A stretch of DNA of 64,000 nt from Octopus vulgaris (taxonomy: Eukaryota): contig OX597820.1 in assembly GCA_951406725.2 (NCBI GenBank), positions 14,942,001 through 15,006,000 of the forward strand, read 5' to 3'. Positions 57,772-64,000 of the stretch are shown here, piece by piece. Within the stretch, counting starts at the first letter, position 1, and the number at the start of each line of letters is the position of its first letter. A program made the position numbers and the translations under genes. The notes beneath the pieces were generated by a model. The model ran no database searches. It was given only the letters and a program-made list of their open reading frames with translations, and had not been told where the DNA came from.

Positions 57772-59362
57772 AGTTTCAGCTCAGAGCTGTGGCCATGCTG
57801 GAGCAACAACCGTTTTGCTACACTGTTATTACTGAGAGTCTCCTCTAATATGTGGCATTTGGTGAAGAATGGAGTTTGATGTAGCTACCCTCATTTGCAT
57901 CTCTTACCGTGGAGTAGGTTCGTCTGGTCCAGGAAGAGGTCCAGCCTTGATTTAAAAACGCCTACATCTACTTTGTGCAGGTTCATCAGACTCTTTGGGA
58001 GAATATTAAAAAGCCGTGGACTCCTGAAATCTAGGCTGTTGTAGTAACTGGTCCTGAAGCGCGATGGCGTTGCTGGGATCTTTGGCACTGTGCAGTGTCG
58101 ACCCGTTCTGGCATTGGTGTAGCTTTCAATACCAAAATTTGGCAGAATTCTTTCTAGGATCTTCCAGATATATATTACTGCATATATCTCCCGCCTTCGC
58201 TCCAGGGACTAGAGTCTTAGCTGTTTCAGCCTTTCCCAGTAGCACGAGGTGTTGTAAAGAGACGATCTTCTTTGTGAAGCTTCGCTGGATTGCTTCAAGG
58301 TCCGCTGTTAATTTTACACTGTTGGGTGACCGTAGCTGGGAGCAGTAATCCAGGCGGCTGAGGATGAATGTCCTCCAGAGGACCGTCATGGTTTCCTCCT
58401 CTCTGATCCTGAAAATTCTTAGGATCCAGCCAGCCAGTCATCTACACTTGAAAAGAGGTATCATCACTCATGTCGATACCCAAATCCCTCACTGATTTAA
58501 GTTCTGGGATTGTAATTCCCTGTGAACCAGTGTACCGAGTAAGTTTCATATTCAGTTTTGGACGCTGGTAGCGCAGGGCTCGGAATTTTTGAGTATTACA
58601 CTGCATATTATTATTCTCAGCCTATCTGTAAATTGAGTCCAATTCCTGCTGCAGATGTGCAACATCGCTGGGTTTCTGTATTTTCTGCAAGACTTTCGTA
58701 TCGTCTGCGTATCTAGCAAGGGTGACTATCCGGGCAGTCGAGGGCATATCTGAGAGGGCCACCATGAAAAGCAGTGGTCCCAAGACAGTGCCCTGTGGAA
58801 CAGCGCCCACTCTTTGTGTTTTCATTGAGGTGGCTCCATTGGCCACGACTGCCTCACTACTATCTTTCAGAAAATCCTGTAACCACTCTCCAAGTTTTCC
58901 AGCTATGCCGAGATCACGCAGTTTGTGACATATCATACCGAGATCCACTTTATCAACATTTTTTGCAAAATCACGGTATATTACGTCCACATTTGAGTTG
59001 TTGAGTAACTGCCTCAACACACAGTCATAATGTTGTAAGAGCTGGGTCAGGCAGCTCCTACCTGGGCGAAAGCCATGCTGGGTATCACTCAGCAAGTTGT
59101 TTTCTTCAAGGAATGCAATTAGTTTCCCTCTGACTATCCGTTCCATGACTTTGCTGATGTGTGAAGTCAGAGAGATAGGCCTATAGTTTTTCGCATTTGC
59201 TCTGCTTCTCCCTTTATGGATTGGGCATATTATTCCCTCCTTCAGCTTGCTTGGCAGCCTGCCATATGCAAGAAAGCTCTGGAAGAGAATCTGGAGGGGT
59301 TTTCCCAGGGCATGCTTACATGATTTGAAGTGGATTCCTGGGAAAGCATCAGGAACAGCAGG
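57772..59362 (-). mobile_element. Degenerate CR1/L2-group LINE (RT and 3' end)
   Basis: QHGFRPGRSCLTQLL, VPQGTVLGPLLF, YADDT and SRLDYCS motifs with frameshifts. Confidence 0.9.
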
Positions 59363-59689
59363 AAACCATCAAGACCTGCAAATATATTTTTAATTTATAC
59401 ATACATATATATGTGTGTGTGTGTAAATATATATATATATATAGTAATATGTGACAATTATTCGGTAGCCATGATATAATATATACATATAATAATGTTA
59501 ATATTATATATATACATATATATATATAATATATAATATATAATATATATAAATAAATATATATATAATATATAAATAATATATATAATATAAATATAAT
59601 ATATATATGATATATATAATATATATATATTTATAATATATATATTATATATGTATATAATATATGCATAATATATATATTTACCTAAC

Positions 59690-60830
59690 CTTTTTTTATC
59701 TAACTTTTAACATTGTCTCCGTCGAAATAGTCACCTTGCGAAGCAATACACGAGTCCCAGCGGTCCTGCCACTTTTGGAATCCGACCTGGAAGTCGTTTT
59801 CCTTAAATGAGGCGAGGACCTTTTGCGATTTGCTCTTCATCTCGACAACGGTGTTAAAACAGCGACCTTTCAGCTGCATTTTCATCTCGGAGAAGAGACA
59901 GAAGTACGCAGATGCTAAATCTGGCGAATAGGGTGGGTGCAGAAGTGATGCCATGTTGATTTGGCGAGAAATTTACGAGTAATGAGAGCTCAGTGACACA
60001 TATATACATATATATATTAGAGCGGCGAGCTGGCAGAACTGTTAGCACGCCGGGCGAAATGCTTAGCGGTATTTTGCCTGCCGTGACGTTCTGAGTTCAT
60101 ATTCCGCCGATTTGATTGTTCTCTGACGATCCCCATGCACAAGCGGATGAATTTCCTCCACATTTCCGGAAGTGGCGCTCGTGGCAGGTCTTCGGATCAC
60201 TCATCGTCTTTCAGGGACGTTTTTCCGCTTGTGGGCGCCCGTGCCACTCAAAACATTGCGTATGACCCCACTGCCTCGTCGGCGTAAGCTTGCCGAAGTA
60301 TGCTCAATGTCTCTGTTGCAAACCCACCGCGTTTAACGCAAAATTTCACCTTGCCTCTTCGTTCCAACTCCCTGCTCATGACATAAGTCGCAGACTACAG
60401 CATACACGTGATCTCAAAGACACAATTTTCACAACTTGCGAAGTAAATATATATTTCTTTACTAACCACAAAGGGTTAAACACAGATGGGACAAACAAGG
60501 ACAGACAAACGGATTAAGTCGATTATATCGACCCCAGTGCGTAACTGGTACTTAATTTATCGCCCCCGAAAAGATGAAAGGCAAAGTCGCTCTCGGTGGA
60601 ATTTGAACTCAGAACGTAACGGCAGACAAAATACCGCTAGGCATTTCGCCCGGCGTGCTGACATTTCTGCCAGCTCGCCGCCTTTTGCGAAGTAAAACAG
60701 TCAATCCGAAACTATCGATGAACATCATTGCCTAAGGCGAAGCGTGTTCTGATCCCCACTGCAATCATGTTGCTTGCGATGCGAACTTCTCAACAATATG
60801 GCTGTACCTCACAAAAGTAGGGGTCAGAGG
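59690..60830 (-). mobile_element. Mariner relic with nested SINEs
   Basis: HPPYSPDLASAYFCLF...LKGRCF...RWDSCIASQGDYF. Confidence 0.85.
60453..60682 (-). mobile_element. SINE family A monomer
   Basis: Same head, body and Tx1-like tail. Confidence 0.88.
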
Positions 60831-60855
60831 TATAGTTTAATGTAATAGTTTCTTT

Positions 60856-60913
<58 letters not shown>

Positions 60914-61100
60914 GGCTGAAAAAGATACATAAAAAGATAGAATGGACTGACAAACAGACAGACACTCAGTCAGATAGACAGATAGACAGGCAATAGACAG
61001 ACAGACAGAGAAACACACAGACTGACAGACGGAAGGCAGACAGACACACAGACAAATGGACCGACAGACAAACAGACAACCAGAGACAAACAGACAGGCT

Positions 61101-61194
<94 letters not shown>

Positions 61195-61693
61195 CAGGTA
61201 GATAGATATAATAGATAGATAGAATGTCAGGGAAACCCAATGAATAATAGAGACCCGGTAAATAAAGGAAATAAAGGACCCGGTAAATAAAGGAAATGCG
61301 ATTATTTTGTCAGTTTATTTACCTGTCTGATAATAGCTACTCGAATTGGATATGTAATGTTAATACTGGCACAAAAGGAACTTGTGTAAAAAGGCGGTTT
61401 GCTTCATAATAAAATCAAAGTGAAAAAACAAATATTTCTAAACAAATAAATATTCATACACCAGTTTTGTTTCCACAATGGAAGTGTATTAAATCTTGCA
61501 CTGACGCCCATTTTTTGATTTAAATAAAAAAATGTTTAAATTATCAGTGCCCCGTGAGAGTCTTTGGTATGCGGAAATTGTGCAGAATCCTAATACGTCT
61601 ACCTACTTAGCAAGTAACCTACCTACCTACCTACACACATACGTACATACCTGCATACATATAGATTGATAGAGAGATACATTAAAGGATATG

Positions 61694-61729
<36 letters not shown>

Positions 61730-62114
61730 TGTCTGAATATGTCTGACTGTCTGTCTGTCAGTTCATCATTCTATCTATCTTTTTGTGTGTCTTTTTGTGC
61801 CTCTATCTCTATCACACACACACACGCAGACATATATATATACTTAATATAATATAATTGTAACATTCATTATCATTAAACCTTATTATCTACCTTTCTT
61901 TCAAGCACTTCTTTCAAATTTTTTTTCTAATCATTCGCCATGCTTGACCGCTAAATCTACAAATTTTTTTTTTTCATTCTCTCTATGTATTTTCTCTTAT
62001 TGGAGAGCGTAGGCTCGAAACGTAAAAGACCTTTTCATTTTCTCGAGGGTCAAACTAATACACCAACTTATTGTTCATACACCTGTCTTCGTCTTTTGTT
62101 TTTCTATAAATTTC

Positions 62115-62158
<44 letters not shown>

Positions 62159-62245
62159 AGAGTTTACGAAAAAAACAAAAGACGAAGACAAGTGGTGTAC
62201 AAAACAAACAGATGTATTAGTATAACGCTCAGGAATAGAAAAAGT

Positions 62246-62281
62246 CTTTTATGTTTCGAGCCTACGCTCTTCTACAGAAAG
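62246..62281 (-). ncRNA. Ultra-minimal hammerhead-like motif (stem III almost absent; core CTGTAGA)
   Basis: CTTT-CTGTAGA-a-GAGC-gtag-GCTC-GAAA-CATA-AAAG. The inverted partner at 62005-62028 reads GAGCgtagGCTC-GAAACGTA-AAAG. Confidence 0.55.
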
Positions 62282-62405
62282 GGAAACAGAAAAAACAAGG
62301 AGAGAAAAAAATGTGTATAGTGGCTAACGATCTATCAATGTTACACTGAAAGCTTGGGTATTAAGAGTTATCGAGTCTTCAAATGTATCTGAATTTGTAA
62401 ACAAG

Positions 62406-62770
62406 TGGCACTCTGTCGGTTACGGCGACGAGGGTTCCAGTTGATCTGATCAACGGAACAGCCTGCTCGTGAAATTAGCTGAGCATTGCACAGACTCGTG
62501 TACCCCCAACGTAGTTCTCGTTGGAGATTCAGCGTGACACAGAGTGTGACAAGGCTGGTCCTTTGAAATCCAGGCACAACACAAACAGGAAGAAAGAGTA
62601 AGAAAAAGTTGTGTTGAAAGAATACTGCAGGGTTCGCCACCACCACGTGCCGGAGCTTCGTGGAGATTTTGGTGTTTTCGCTCAATAAACACTCACAACG
62701 CCCGGTCTGGGAATCGAAACCGTGATCCTATGACCGGGAGTCCGTTGCCCTAACCACTGGACCATTGCGT
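62406..62770 (-). mobile_element. SINE family C
   Basis: Colinear with 50843-51223. Confidence 0.88.
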
Positions 62771-64000
62771 ATCCTCTTAGTAAGCAAGTACATATAAATG
62801 AAATGATAAATTCTTATTAATTTGCCTCCTATGTTTTGGTTGCATTGGGGTTTTTTCTATCTTCCTGTCTATATAGTAATTTCCAGTTTCCCAACAATAA
62901 CAATGTATGTAAATATATATGCGTGTATAGACACGCGCGTACACACAGAAACACACCCAGCCACCTACATGCATATACAAACTATTATGTTAGTTCAAAT
63001 ACGTTTTAACTTCTAAAAGCAATTTCGAAAAACATTCTCACTTACACTTTTTTTTAAACACTTATTGAACAATATTAGGAATTGTATTAGAAATATTTTT
63101 TTAACATTTTGTGAATTCTAGGAGTATAACTAATTTATAGGGCATAGATTTTGATAAAATCTCATATTGACTCTCAAGGATTATATAGACCCCGGCTGAG
63201 AACCATTGGTATAGATAGGCCCCGAAAACCATTGGTATAGATTATGATAAATTTGTCTGATCGTAGAAAATACACTGTATTGAAATAAAAAAAGTTTCCC
63301 CAAAATTAAACATATTTATAGAAACTGACGCACACATACAATTCACCCACATACATACTCTCACAGACACAGAAATATTTTACCCAAACATCTCCATAAA
63401 CACTCCCAAACATTCACGTACGAACATACTTATTGGCCCTTACACTAAAAATACAATAAAATTCTTCAAATTGGGCGGCTGACCCAATCAGTCGGATGAA
63501 GGGTTTTGTTTTTTGATATCTTGTGTCGCTAAATTGTAGAATGTTTTTGAAAGACTGCAGATTTTTAAAAAAAGACTTTAGGGAGACCACCTTTCTGAAA
63601 TGTCGCAGTAGATAGAGAATGTGGCCCACTTGAGCGCGGCCCCCATTCGGCGCGGGACCCGATTGGGAACAATCGGTCCAATCTGCTTAAGACAGGCCCT
63701 AACCGCAAAGTTTTCTTTTTCTTGACATCATTGTAACGATATTAAATGGTCGCTACCTTTCATTCTCTGTGAAATACTATAAACGATTCAAATCATCTCT
63801 TCACCTTCTCTTCAGATTTGAAACCCCACACCAATGTTAACCATTATTTGATTTACGCAACAACCGTTCCATTGAAAACGGGAATGGGAAATAGAAACGA
63901 AAAGATAAGGTTAAAAATAAACTGAAAACAAACCAGTTATTAAACGCGCTACTGACCTCCATAATATCCTCAGGGAGGGCTAACTTCAGTTCAACATTAA

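Overview
AT-rich eukaryotic genomic DNA dense in microsatellites and SINEs. The repeat landscape looks like an Octopus (coleoid cephalopod) genome; this is an inference. Nearly all long entries in the ORF track are microsatellite artefacts. Two real spliced genes face each other. (1) On +, the last four coding exons (919-6944) of an ESE-subfamily (ELF3/EHF/ELF5-like) ETS transcription factor with an AT-hook-like motif. (2) On -, a probably secreted protein with a signal-peptide exon (41319-41369) and four SRCR domains, each split over two exons (38398 down to 9707); domain 1 has a frameshift and lacks a Cys. The introns hold at least four tRNA-derived SINE families, Tx1, RTE, CR1/L2, R4/Dong and R2/NeSL-like LINE pieces, Tc1/mariner and hAT relics, Helitron-type elements and a solo LTR. 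The most striking unexplained structure is a set of sequence-unrelated palindromic or inverted elements, mostly in or beside (TA)n, that carry minimal type I hammerhead ribozyme motifs with self-complementary or near-absent stem III. One has an apparent G3-C8/U8 swapped core, and one degenerate copy lies directly behind a Penelope-type GIY-YIG C-terminus. One SINE family also shares its 3' tail with a (GATA)n-associated Tx1 LINE. All alignments and folds were done by eye; no activity or database result is claimed.
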